Assembly: GCA_030167145.1 (NCBI GenBank)
Contig: CP126532.1
Coordinates: 2,370,001-2,402,000 of the forward strand
DNA from: Ktedonobacterales bacterium
GTDB lineage: Bacteria > Chloroflexota > Ktedonobacteria > Ktedonobacterales > JADMIN01
Length of the DNA stretch: 32,000 nucleotides
Direction: 5' to 3'
The translations under genes and the position numbers were made by a program. Shown here piece after piece: positions 9,145 to 17,109 of the stretch; position 1 is the first letter of the stretch, and each line of letters begins with the position of its first letter. Under the pieces are notes generated by a model. It ran no database searches, was not told the origin of the DNA, and was given only the letters and a program-made list of their open reading frames with translations.

Positions 9145-9164
9145 GGGCGCGGCGGGCCGCGCCC
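9145..9164. terminator. GC-rich hairpin between convergent anti-sigma genes (terminator-like, no clear U-tract)
   Basis: gggcgcggc gg gccgcgccc lies in the 79-nt gap between stops at 9126 (+) and 9206 (-). There is no strong T-run on either side. Confidence 0.3.
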
Positions 9165-9205
9165 CCTACAGTGAAAATGGTAGCGTGACTGGCGGGCGAA
9201 CCGTG

Positions 9206-10777
9206 CTAGCTGCCGTAGATGCTCCAGACGCCGTTCTGCAGGTGCAGGATGACAGTGTCGGCGGGGTAGGGTCCGATAATCCAGGCAATGGCCCATGCTT
9301 CATCGGGCGTGGCCTGGGCGACATCGGTGATGTAGAGGTTGGACGGGAAGCTGACGCGCTGCCATACGCCGTTCTGGTAGGCAAGGACGAAGGATCTAGT
9401 GGGTGGGGAGGCGGCTCCGCCAAAGAACGCGCCCTCGAATGCCCATGCGCCGCCCGATAACGTCGTTTCGATACGCATGTACATATCGCCAAACCCCTCA
9501 TACGCCTGAGCATTGGGTGGAAGCTCGGTGGGTGTCCATGAACTGCCATCATAGTGCAGCGCGTACACATGCGGCGAATTTCTGCTCACTCCCGAAATCC
9601 AGCCATCAGCCGGAGAGAGCATATTGACGAATACGATGTCAGTGAGATGTACAGACCTGCCCGCGATGCTCCACTGGCCCGACTGATAGTGGAGGATGTA
9701 GCCGCTGCCCACAGCCCAGCCTTCATCCGGCGAGACCATTGCGAGGTCAGCAAGGAATGGATGCCAGTACAACCAGAACTCTTGGGGGAAGGATGTGGGG
9801 AACACGATCTCAGACCAGACGCCGTTCTGGTAGTGAAGGATGTATGACGGGCCAGGGTTCACCTGTCCGCCGCCGACGCCGCCACCAGAGCAGTATTGCG
9901 CGCTGGCGGGGCAGGTGCTATTCGGCGCGGGCGCCGGTTGTGTGACGGCCCAACCGTCATCCGCCGAGAGCATCTGCACCTTGTGAATCTCGCCGTAGGC
10001 TGGCATGTCCACCTCAATCCACTGGCCGCCGGTGTAGTGGAAGAATACGCCATAGAAGTTCTTGTGTCCGCTGGCCCAGCCATCGGTGGGGGAATCCATC
10101 GAGATGCTATCCAGACGGATGCCCGGATGCACCTGGCCAACCATGTGCCACTGGCCGTTGTAGTAATGGACGAAGACTGCGCCATACACGCCAGAGCCTT
10201 TGCCCACAGGGTTGATCGTATTGCCAATAGCCCAACCTTCGATAGGCGAAACCAGGGCGATACGCTCCAGCATGGTGCCCTTGGGCAGCACGAGTTTGTT
10301 GGGGGGCAGGCGTGTTGGTGTGGGCTGCGCGCTGGCCGTCTCGGTGGCGGTGCGAGTGGTGCTGGTGGTGTGGCGGCTCAAGTGCGCGAAGCTGTTGAAG
10401 AGCAGCGCCGAAAGGCCGACCAGCAGCAGCGCGGCGGCGGTGACGTACCAGCCGTCAAGGCGACGCGGCGTTGGGCGCCGCGCGGGCATGGGCGCAAGTG
10501 GGGTGGGCTGCGCAGGTGTATCATCCGCTGGCGGTGGGGCGCTCCCGGCCATCAATGGCGGGGGCACGGCAGCGGCGAGGCGAGATGGGATCGGATGAAG
10601 GTCAATCGTGCTCATTAGCGGTATCAGCGCGCGGTAGTCGTCGAGGCGCTGGCGGCAGGCGGGGCAGGCGGCGATGCGCTCGTCCAGGCGGCGCGTGTCT
10701 TCGGTTGAGAGAAGACCGAGTGCGCCTTGCTCGACGAGGTCGTCGGTATGCGCGCAGGGTGGCGTTGGCTTGGTCAT
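9206..10777 (-). CDS. Single-pass anti-sigma factor with a seven-repeat beta-propeller-like ectodomain
   Basis: ATG 10775-10777 with RBS gaggaa. The N-terminus has a Cys-rich anti-sigma-like motif (CAH...ERIAACPACRQRL), followed by a Pro-rich linker and a TM helix (YVTAAALLLVGLSALLF). Seven repeats of [DE]GWA.G ... LHYxxGxW follow. It lies 67 nt downstream of an ECF sigma gene on the same strand. Confidence 0.7.
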   Translation of the reverse strand: MTKPTPPCAHTDDLVEQGALGLLSTEDTRRLDERIAACPACRQRLDDYRALIPLMSTIDLHPIPSRLAAAVPPPLMAGSAPPPADDTPAQPTPLAPMPARRPTPRRLDGWYVTAAALLLVGLSALLFNSFAHLSRHTTSTTRTATETASAQPTPTRLPPNKLVLPKGTMLERIALVSPIEGWAIGNTINPVGKGSGVYGAVFVHYYNGQWHMVGQVHPGIRLDSISMDSPTDGWASGHKNFYGVFFHYTGGQWIEVDMPAYGEIHKVQMLSADDGWAVTQPAPAPNSTCPASAQYCSGGGVGGGQVNPGPSYILHYQNGVWSEIVFPTSFPQEFWLYWHPFLADLAMVSPDEGWAVGSGYILHYQSGQWSIAGRSVHLTDIVFVNMLSPADGWISGVSRNSPHVYALHYDGSSWTPTELPPNAQAYEGFGDMYMRIETTLSGGAWAFEGAFFGGAASPPTRSFVLAYQNGVWQRVSFPSNLYITDVAQATPDEAWAIAWIIGPYPADTVILHLQNGVWSIYGS

Positions 10778-10844
10778 ATGGTTCCTCTACGTTCCTCATC
10801 GTCTGCGGGTGAGGATGGAAGCTGCGATGCGGAAAGGGTAAGGA

Positions 10845-11540
10845 TCAGGCGTTTTCGCGGGCGTAGGCGTCGCGCAGCATGGCAAGGCCCCGGCTGAGCC
10901 GCGAGCGCACGGCGGCATGCGATACGCCAAGCTGCTCGGCGATCTCCGCGACGCTGAAGCCATGGGTGAGATAGAGCAGCAGGCTGGTGCGATAGCTGAC
11001 CGGAACCGCCCGCAACGCCCGGTTGAGCATCTCGGTGCGGGCGATGCGCTCCTCGAAGCCGCTCTCGCGCGAGCGCAGCGCGGCCTGCTCTGGCGCGGTT
11101 GCTTCGGCATCTGGTGTGGAGAGAAGTGGCGCGCTATGCAGGCGGTCGAGCGAGACCCAGCGTACTGCGCGCCGTCGTCGCAGCGCAGAATGCGCCTGAT
11201 TTGTGGCGATGCGGTAGACCCACGCGCGAAAGTATTCGGGCTGGCGCAGTTCATGGAGCTTGCGCCACGCCCGCGCGAAGACCTCTTGCGCGAGGTCGCG
11301 GGCGTGTTCGTCGTCATCCAACAGACGGGCGAGGTACGCGCGGATTGGCGGCTGAAAGCGTTCCACGAGCGTCGCGAACGCGGCTTGCGAGCCGCCGCGC
11401 GCCTGCTCGACTAGCGCCGCCACATCATCCACCGCCGTATCCTCTCCGCTGCCACGCATTGCCGCCACTGCCATCCGCACGCCGCTACCGCCGGATGCGG
11501 CAAGGTCGCCGGGGGCGTCGGGTCCGGCTGTGCTGGTCAT
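10845..11540 (-). CDS. ECF-type RNA polymerase sigma-70 family factor
   Basis: ATG 11538-11540 with RBS aaggag. Region 2 is AAFATLVERFQPPIRAYLARLL...LAQEVFARAWRKLHELRQPEYFRAWVYRIATNQA. Region 4 is YRTSLLLYLTHGFSVAEIAEQLGVSHAAVRSRLSRGLAML. Confidence 0.85.
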   Translation of the reverse strand: MTSTAGPDAPGDLAASGGSGVRMAVAAMRGSGEDTAVDDVAALVEQARGGSQAAFATLVERFQPPIRAYLARLLDDDEHARDLAQEVFARAWRKLHELRQPEYFRAWVYRIATNQAHSALRRRRAVRWVSLDRLHSAPLLSTPDAEATAPEQAALRSRESGFEERIARTEMLNRALRAVPVSYRTSLLLYLTHGFSVAEIAEQLGVSHAAVRSRLSRGLAMLRDAYARENA

Positions 11541-11763
11541 ACGCTACTCCTTGGTGAGCCGTCGCCGTGGGCGCGCTTCGCACGGCGGGGCCGGGGTGGT
11601 GGAACATTCAGGAACACATGTGCGTCCAGCCATTGAGACGCATGGGGAGCGGGAAGTGTGGCACGAGTTTTTCGCACGAGCGCATGCGCTGTTGTCGATG
11701 GGGTCGCGCGTTCTTGCTCTGTGGGCTAGTATGCGGTATACGTGGCGCGGGTGAGGAGGGAAG

Positions 11764-12360
11764 GTGATGGCGAAAGGGGGCACGATGCGGCGCGGTGGCA
11801 GGGTATCGGCGCTGGTGTGGGTGATGGCGCTGGCGTCGCTGGCGGGGTGCGCGCAAATGACACAGCAGACTCAGCAGCCTACGCTCAATACCCCAAAAGT
11901 GGTATACATTGCGGCAAGCTGGGCGCAGAGCTATCGAGATGTGAAGAGCCTCAAGCGCGACGCGGATATCGCGGTGGCGGGAACGATTGCCAGCATGGCG
12001 GGAACTAGCGGCGACGCGGTGGGCGTCGTCGCCACGGACTTTGTGTTCAGCATCAGCCGGGCGATCTACAATCCACACGGGCAGACACTTGGCGCGACCA
12101 TCACGCTGCACCAGACCGGCGACACCATCAGCAACACGCCCTATCCCTATGAGATGGAGGACGACCCACTCTTCCAGCCCGGCGAGCAACTGGTGCTCTT
12201 CCTGCATGAGTACAGCGCTGGCCACTACTACGTCATCGGCGGGCCGACGGGGCGGTTCGAGGTGCGCAGCGGCGTGGTGCTGCCAGCTACCGGCGCGGGC
12301 GTTCAACTCGCCCCATCCACATCGCTGGACGCATTCGTGACGATGATTCAGCAGGCATAG
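11764..12360 (+). CDS. Hypothetical lipoprotein
   Basis: Signal peptide with a lipobox: RVSALVWVMALASLAGC. GTG/ATG starts at 11764, 11767 or 11785 are ambiguous. No family recognised. Confidence 0.5.
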   Translation: MMAKGGTMRRGGRVSALVWVMALASLAGCAQMTQQTQQPTLNTPKVVYIAASWAQSYRDVKSLKRDADIAVAGTIASMAGTSGDAVGVVATDFVFSISRAIYNPHGQTLGATITLHQTGDTISNTPYPYEMEDDPLFQPGEQLVLFLHEYSAGHYYVIGGPTGRFEVRSGVVLPATGAGVQLAPSTSLDAFVTMIQQA

Positions 12361-12668
12361 CCCACATACGCATAGGCTGATACCAACATCTGGTACATCA
12401 CTGGCATACCCACAATAGCCAGCGTCTCACGGTCTCATGCCCTCGCGCCAATGAAGAAAAGCGCCTCAGCCTCGTAGCATACCGACATCTCTGCCGCCAA
12501 GCGTTTGACACTGAGCGAGTGATCCAGCCAGCCCATTTCTGTAACGCCCGCGTAACGTTCACGGGACGCTACCCAGATACACTCATGGCTGAGGCGCTCC
12601 CACTGCTCATTCAGCCGGGCGCTTTCAGTTGTTTCACATGGTTCAGATGCCCAAATCGGGAGGAATTG

Positions 12669-13148
12669 ATGAAGCTCTCGCTTTTCCGCGCTCTTGCGCT
12701 GATAGCGGCAGTGGGCCTGCTGCTCGGTGCGTGTGGTGTCTCCAGTGCGCATGCTCCGACGCCAACTACCACAACTATTGTGTTGCAGACGCCGACTGGC
12801 GCTCCGACCGCCTCGGGCACGCCAGCCTCGCTTGATCTGAGTGGGACGTGGGCCGGGACGTGGCAGGACACATCCCCGGATACAGCTACGGGGGGTTTCA
12901 CGTTGACCTGGACGCAGGCCGGCAGCTCTCTGTCTGGCTCGATCACCATCACGGGTTCGCGATGTATTTCCACGGCGACCGTCAGCGGCTCCGTCGCAGG
13001 GAACGTCATCACCTTCGGCGCGGTCAAGGGCCAGGTGACAGTTACCTACGATGGCACGGTCGGCCCGGGAAATACCACCATCAAGGGGAACTACCATGCC
13101 GGGCCAACCTGTGGCAACGCAACCGGCGCCTGGACGGCCACGAGATAG
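12669..13148 (+). CDS. Hypothetical lipoprotein (Thr/Gly-rich)
   Basis: ATG 12669 is preceded by gggaggaa. Signal and lipobox: MKLSLFRALALIAAVGLLLGAC. The listed ORF start at 12519 has no RBS and no signal peptide. Confidence 0.6.
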   Translation: MKLSLFRALALIAAVGLLLGACGVSSAHAPTPTTTTIVLQTPTGAPTASGTPASLDLSGTWAGTWQDTSPDTATGGFTLTWTQAGSSLSGSITITGSRCISTATVSGSVAGNVITFGAVKGQVTVTYDGTVGPGNTTIKGNYHAGPTCGNATGAWTATR

Positions 13149-13164
13149 TAGGCGCCGGTCGCCT

Positions 13165-14799
13165 TTAGACAGCGGGCTGCGCCTCCTCGGATTCGGGGGC
13201 CGCTTCGGGTAGCTCGTGCTTGGTGAAGAGCACGCTGCCCGGCGCGACCCGCGTGCCCGGCTGCGCGCCGCCCCAGGTGGTTGCCGTGTACCAGTCAGCG
13301 CCCGTATCCAGCGGGATGCCAATCTGGCGCCCAATCTCTTCGGCGGCAACGGGGATGAACGGCGCGCAGTAGACCGAGGCCAGGCGCAGCGCTTCGATCA
13401 GGTGGTAGAGCACGGTGGCCAGCCGTGCCGCCGCTGGTCCTTCTGGCTCGGCTTTGCGCTGCTTCGCCAGCGACCACGGCGCGTTATCCTCGACGTACTT
13501 GTTAGCCGCATCCACCAGTTCCCAGATGGCGGCAAGCGCCTCGTGCGGGGCGAAACGCTGCATCGCCGCATCCACGCGCGCCGCCAGCCCGTTCGCGGTG
13601 GCGATCAGCGCGCCGTCGGCCTCTTCGACGAGACCAGGCGCAGGGACCGCGCCGCCGAAGTAGCGCCCAACCATGCTGACGGTGCGGTTGAGCAGATTGC
13701 CCAGCCGGTCGGCGAGATCGGCGTTGCAGGTCTGGATGAAGCGTTCGAGCGTGAAGTCGCCGTCCTCGGTGGAGGGGATGGCGCGCAGCAGGAAGTAGCG
13801 CAGCGCGTCAGCGCCGTAGCGTTCGGCGAGGTCTACGGGGTCTATCACATTGCCGAGCGTCTTGCTCATCTTGCCGCCGCCAACCAGCACGTAGCCATGC
13901 ACAAAGACCGTGGTGGGCAGCGGCACGCCCGCCGAGAGCAGCATCGCCGGCCAATAGATGGTATGGAAGCGGATGATGCCCTTGCCGACGACGTGGGTGC
14001 GGTTGGGGTTGTGCTGCCAGTAATGCTGATAGAGTTCGCCCTCGTTGGTGTAATCCAGAGCAGTGATGTAGTTGCTCAGCGCGTCGAACCAGACGTACAT
14101 GACCTGCTTCGGGTCGCCAGGGACGGGAATGCCCCAGTCGCGGGCGCGGGCGCGCGAGCGCGAGATGCTGAAGTCTTGCAGGCCGCTGCGAATGAAGCTC
14201 AGCACTTCGTTGCGGCGCGTATCGGGGATGATGCGCAACTGGCCGGAGGTGATGAGTTCTTCGAGTTGCGCGCCGTAGCGCGAGAGACGGAAGAAGTAGT
14301 TCTCTTCTTCCACGACCTCAGGTTTGGTCAGGTGCTCCGGGCAGAGGCCATCTATCAGTTCGTCTTCGGTGTAGAACTGCTCGCAGCCGACGCAGTATAG
14401 CCCGCGATAGGGCTGGGTGTAGATGTCGCCATTCTTGGCGCAGGCCTCCCAGAGCTTGGCGACGCCGGTGAGGTGGCGCTCATCCACGCTGGTGCGGATG
14501 AAGTCGTCGTTGGTGAGGTTCAAGGTGCCGCGCAAGCCCTGAAAGAAGGCGGCGTTGCGATTCACCAACTCACTGGTGGGGATGCCCTCCTTCTCGGCGG
14601 CGCGGGCGTTCTTCAGGCTGTTGTCGTCGGTGCCAGTGAGAAACCACACGTCTTCGCCGCGCAGCCGGTGATAGCGCGCCAGCGCGTCGGTAAGGATGAT
14701 TTCGAGCGCGAAGCCGATGTGCGGGCGCGCGTTGACGTAGGGAATCGCGGTGGTCACATACCAGGGCGGGCGCTGGTCGTTGGTCTTCTTCTTCGCCAT
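13165..14799 (-). CDS. metG: Methionine--tRNA ligase (short form, no C-terminal tRNA-binding domain)
   Basis: Class I signatures: AIPYVNARPHIGFALE (HIGH-type) and KMSKTLGN (KMSKS). One zinc knuckle: CVGCEQFYTEDELIDGLCPEH. Start at ATG 14797-14799 (MAKKKTNDQRPPWYVTT) with RBS gagagga. The 49 codons upstream in the listed ORF cross a terminator hairpin. Confidence 0.9.
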   Translation of the reverse strand: MAKKKTNDQRPPWYVTTAIPYVNARPHIGFALEIILTDALARYHRLRGEDVWFLTGTDDNSLKNARAAEKEGIPTSELVNRNAAFFQGLRGTLNLTNDDFIRTSVDERHLTGVAKLWEACAKNGDIYTQPYRGLYCVGCEQFYTEDELIDGLCPEHLTKPEVVEEENYFFRLSRYGAQLEELITSGQLRIIPDTRRNEVLSFIRSGLQDFSISRSRARARDWGIPVPGDPKQVMYVWFDALSNYITALDYTNEGELYQHYWQHNPNRTHVVGKGIIRFHTIYWPAMLLSAGVPLPTTVFVHGYVLVGGGKMSKTLGNVIDPVDLAERYGADALRYFLLRAIPSTEDGDFTLERFIQTCNADLADRLGNLLNRTVSMVGRYFGGAVPAPGLVEEADGALIATANGLAARVDAAMQRFAPHEALAAIWELVDAANKYVEDNAPWSLAKQRKAEPEGPAAARLATVLYHLIEALRLASVYCAPFIPVAAEEIGRQIGIPLDTGADWYTATTWGGAQPGTRVAPGSVLFTKHELPEAAPESEEAQPAV

Positions 14800-14895
14800 A
14801 GTGCAAATCCTCTCGTAGCGTTCCGGTTGGCGTTCCAATGATGCCGTTGTATCAGATATTCTGGCCTTGTCGCGTGACCCACTTCGCAGGCAACC

Positions 14896-14924
14896 AAAAA
14901 GGCCGCCCCATGCCGGGCGGCCTT
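14896..14924 (-). terminator. Intrinsic terminator in the metG 5' leader (candidate attenuator)
   Basis: The minus strand reads aaggccgccc ggcatg gggcggcctt ttt: a 10-bp GC-rich stem, 6-nt loop and T5 run. It sits 97 nt upstream of the metG ATG. No other minus-strand gene upstream could use it. Confidence 0.6.
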
Positions 14925-14946
14925 CGATGTGCGGGAACGCGAGCAA

Positions 14947-15039
14947 CTATCGGGCAGCGGACAGCAGGGGGGACTGGCAGCGCGGGAGACCGCGCTTCCG
15001 CATGCCCATCATGCTGTGCGAAGAAATCTTGTACTTCAT
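14947..15039 (-). promoter_or_regulatory. Candidate 30-codon leader ORF with a Met cluster (MKYKISSHSMMGMRKRGLPRCQSPLLSAAR)
   Basis: ATG 15037-15039 is preceded by ggggaa. Met codons are at 15010-15012, 15007-15009 and 15001-15003. A 7-bp hairpin agcgcgg-tctc-ccgcgct (14979-14996) starts 4 nt after the last Met codon. The stop at 14947-14949 is about 20 nt before the terminator. Coding status is unproven. Confidence 0.25.
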
Positions 15040-15131
15040 CGCCGTTCCCCATCTATCTGCTCGCCAGCGGGTGTGCCGGGCGTCCACCGGACGCCCCAAC
15101 GGTGGCCCGCCGGGTGGTCGTGTGATGTTAC

Positions 15132-16445
15132 GCTTCATCGAATGCGGCGCGGAAACCCCGGCCTTCAGGGCTGGGGAGGAAGCGCCGCACTACTTTCGTC
15201 CTAGTATACCACACCTTCACACGCTGTATGCTAGGCTGCAAACATGAAGCAGAAACGCGCCTACCGCTATCGCTGCTACCCTACCCGCGCCCAAGCCGCG
15301 GTGCTAGCGCGGACGTTTGGCTGCGCGCGCTTCGTCTACAACTGGGCCCTGCGGCTGCGCATCGCTGCCTACGCTCAGCGGGGCGAACGCGTCAGCTATG
15401 CCGACACCTCGGCGGCGCTCACGCTGTTGAAACAACAGCCGGAGACTGTGTGGCTGAATGAAGTGTCCAGCGTGCCGACACAACAGACGTTGCGCCACCT
15501 CGACCGCGCGTTCCGCAACTTCTACGAAGGCCGCACCCAGTACCCTAGCTTCCACACAAAACACGGTCCGCAGGCGGCGGAATACACGACGTCCGCGTTC
15601 CGCTGTGATGCGCGGGCGCGCACCCTGACGCTGGCCAAGATGGACTCCCCGCTGCATATCCACTGGTCGCGCCCCTTGCCCGACGGCACGACCCCCACCA
15701 CCGTCACCCTCAGCCGCGACACTGCCGGACGCTACTTCGTGAGTATCCTGCTGGAAGCGGAGATTGCCCCGCTGCCGCAGGTTGCCGCGCAAGTGGGCAT
15801 AGACCTGGGCTTGCATGACCTGGTGGTACTGAATAGTGGTGAGAAGGTGGGCAATCCGCGTTTCTTCCAGCAGGATGAACAGCGGTTGGCCAAAGCGCAG
15901 CGGCGTCACGCCAAGAAGCAACGCGACTCGAAGAACCGTGAGAAAGCGCGCGTGAAGGTGGCGCGCATCCCTGCCCGCATTGCCGACCGCCGTCGCGATT
16001 TCCTGCATCAGCTCTCGACTCACATTATCCGTGAGAACCAAACGATCTGTGTCGAGAGCTTGCGCGTGAAGCAGATGGCGCAGCATCCCACCCTGGCCAA
16101 AGCCATCTCCGATGTGGGCTGGGGTGAGTTGGTGCGTCAGGTAGAGTACAAAGCCGCCTGGTATGGGCGGACCCTGGTCCGCATAGACCAGTGGTATCCT
16201 AGCAGCAAGCGGTGTCATGCGTGCGGGCATGTGCTAGATGACCTTTCGCTGGCTACGCGTCAGTGGACCTGCCCCGAATGCGGGACGGTCCATGACCGCG
16301 ACGTGAACGCCGCACAGAATATTTTGGCCGTGGGACTCACGGTGGCAGCCTGTGGAGAGACGGTAAGACCAGCAAAGGCTTCGGCCCGCGTTGGCGCGGC
16401 TCAGCGAAGCAGGAATCCCCTGGCTTGAGCCATGGGGAGGGTCAA
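15132..16445 (+). mobile_element. IS200/IS605-family element carrying only tnpB (IS1341-like, no tnpA)
   Basis: Same-strand subterminal imperfect hairpins have similar sequence. LE is ggaaaCCCCGGCCttcaGGGCTGGGGagg (15156-15176). RE is ggaatCCCCTGGCttgaGCCATGGGGagg (16417-16437), about 22/32 identical to LE. TTAC (15128-15131) flanks the proposed left end and TCAA (16442-16445) ends the right end, as in IS608-type elements. Exact boundaries are inferred. Confidence 0.6.
15244..16428 (+). CDS. tnpB: TnpB (IS605 OrfB family RNA-guided RuvC nuclease)
   Basis: Typical N-terminus: RAYRYRCYPTRAQAAVLARTFGCARFVYNWAL. RuvC-I is VGIDLGL and RuvC-II is ICVESL. Zinc finger: CHACGH...CPECG. RuvC-III is DRDVNAAQNIL. 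The characteristic C-terminus is ACGETVRP...SRNP. All catalytic acidic residues are present. Confidence 0.9.
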   Translation: MKQKRAYRYRCYPTRAQAAVLARTFGCARFVYNWALRLRIAAYAQRGERVSYADTSAALTLLKQQPETVWLNEVSSVPTQQTLRHLDRAFRNFYEGRTQYPSFHTKHGPQAAEYTTSAFRCDARARTLTLAKMDSPLHIHWSRPLPDGTTPTTVTLSRDTAGRYFVSILLEAEIAPLPQVAAQVGIDLGLHDLVVLNSGEKVGNPRFFQQDEQRLAKAQRRHAKKQRDSKNREKARVKVARIPARIADRRRDFLHQLSTHIIRENQTICVESLRVKQMAQHPTLAKAISDVGWGELVRQVEYKAAWYGRTLVRIDQWYPSSKRCHACGHVLDDLSLATRQWTCPECGTVHDRDVNAAQNILAVGLTVAACGETVRPAKASARVGAAQRSRNPLA

Positions 16446-16461
16446 CGGCGCAAATGCGCGA
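16300..16461 (+). ncRNA. Predicted TnpB omega-RNA (reRNA): scaffold in the tnpB 3' end and RE, guide from flanking DNA
   Basis: Inferred from the established architecture of TnpB loci. The RE hairpin (16417-16437) overlaps the tnpB stop. The guide would start after TCAA at 16446 (cggcgcaaatgcgcga...). The 5' limit is a guess and there is no expression evidence. Confidence 0.3.
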
Positions 16462-16497
16462 AAGTGACCAGCAGGCAATCGAAGGCGGGAGGGTGAC

Positions 16498-17103
16498 ATG
16501 GCGGATGAGCGGGCGCAACGGACGGCGGATGAACCGCGCCGCTGCGAGTGGGCGACGAGCGCGCTGGGGATTCGCTATCACGATGAGGAATGGGGTGTGC
16601 CGCTGCATGATGACCGGCGGCTCTTCGAGTTCATCGTGTTGGAGGGGGCGCAGGCGGGTCTAAGCTGGGAGACGATTCTACGGAAGCGGGAGCACTACCG
16701 CGCGGTGTTCGATGACTTCGATGTGGCGGCGGTGGCGGCGTATGACGAACGGAAAGTGGCGGCGCTGCTGGCGGATGCGGGGATCGTTCGCAATCGCGCC
16801 AAGATCGCGGCGGCGATCCACAATGCGCGGGCGGTGCAGGCGATTCAGAGCGAGTTCGGCAGCTTCGATGCGTATCTCTGGCGCTTCGTGGGTGGGCAGC
16901 CGCACGTCAACGCCTGGCGGACGCTAGCCGAGATTCCGGCCAGCACAGCGGAATCCGACGCGATGAGCCGCGACCTGAAGCGGCGTGGATTTTCGTTCGT
17001 CGGCTCGACGATCTGCTACGCTTTGATGCAGGCGACGGGGATGGTGAACGATCATGTGGTGGCGTGCTTCCGCTATGCGGGGGCAGCACGGAAAGACAAT
17101 TGA
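16498..17103 (+). CDS. tag: DNA-3-methyladenine glycosylase I
   Basis: RBS gggaggg precedes ATG 16498. Tag signatures: RCEW...YHDEEWGVP, FEFIVLEGAQAGLSWETIL, IVRNRAKI, FVGSTICYALMQATGMVNDHVVACFRY. Confidence 0.9.
   Translation: MADERAQRTADEPRRCEWATSALGIRYHDEEWGVPLHDDRRLFEFIVLEGAQAGLSWETILRKREHYRAVFDDFDVAAVAAYDERKVAALLADAGIVRNRAKIAAAIHNARAVQAIQSEFGSFDAYLWRFVGGQPHVNAWRTLAEIPASTAESDAMSRDLKRRGFSFVGSTICYALMQATGMVNDHVVACFRYAGAARKDN
17029..17077 (+). repeat. Direct repeat copy 1 (49 bp, inside the 3' end of tag)
   Basis: caggcgacggggatggtgaacgatcatgtggtggcgtgcttccgctatg is identical to 18231-18279. The next about 12 nt are still about 8/12 similar between the two copies. Confidence 0.95.
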
Positions 17104-17109
17104 CGTGCG

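Noticed and set aside
12457-12594. 12-bp long-range inverted repeat (agcgcctcagcc / ggctgaggcgct) and a TTGACA hexamer in the 308-nt gap before the lipoprotein gene: possible MITE or promoter
   Set aside because: The arms are short and 115 nt apart. There are no terminal duplications, no second copy in the window and no matching -10 at the correct spacing.
14800-15200. T-box riboswitch upstream of metG (an aminoacyl-tRNA synthetase gene with a leader terminator)
   Set aside because: On the minus strand I found no T-box core (GGGUGGNACCGCG-like) adjacent to or overlapping the terminator 5' arm. The only GGTGG (ccggtggacgccc, about 15085-15100) lies about 170 nt upstream, inside a simple hairpin. 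No AGAGA or GA-motif stem I features were recognised. A covariance-model scan should still be run.
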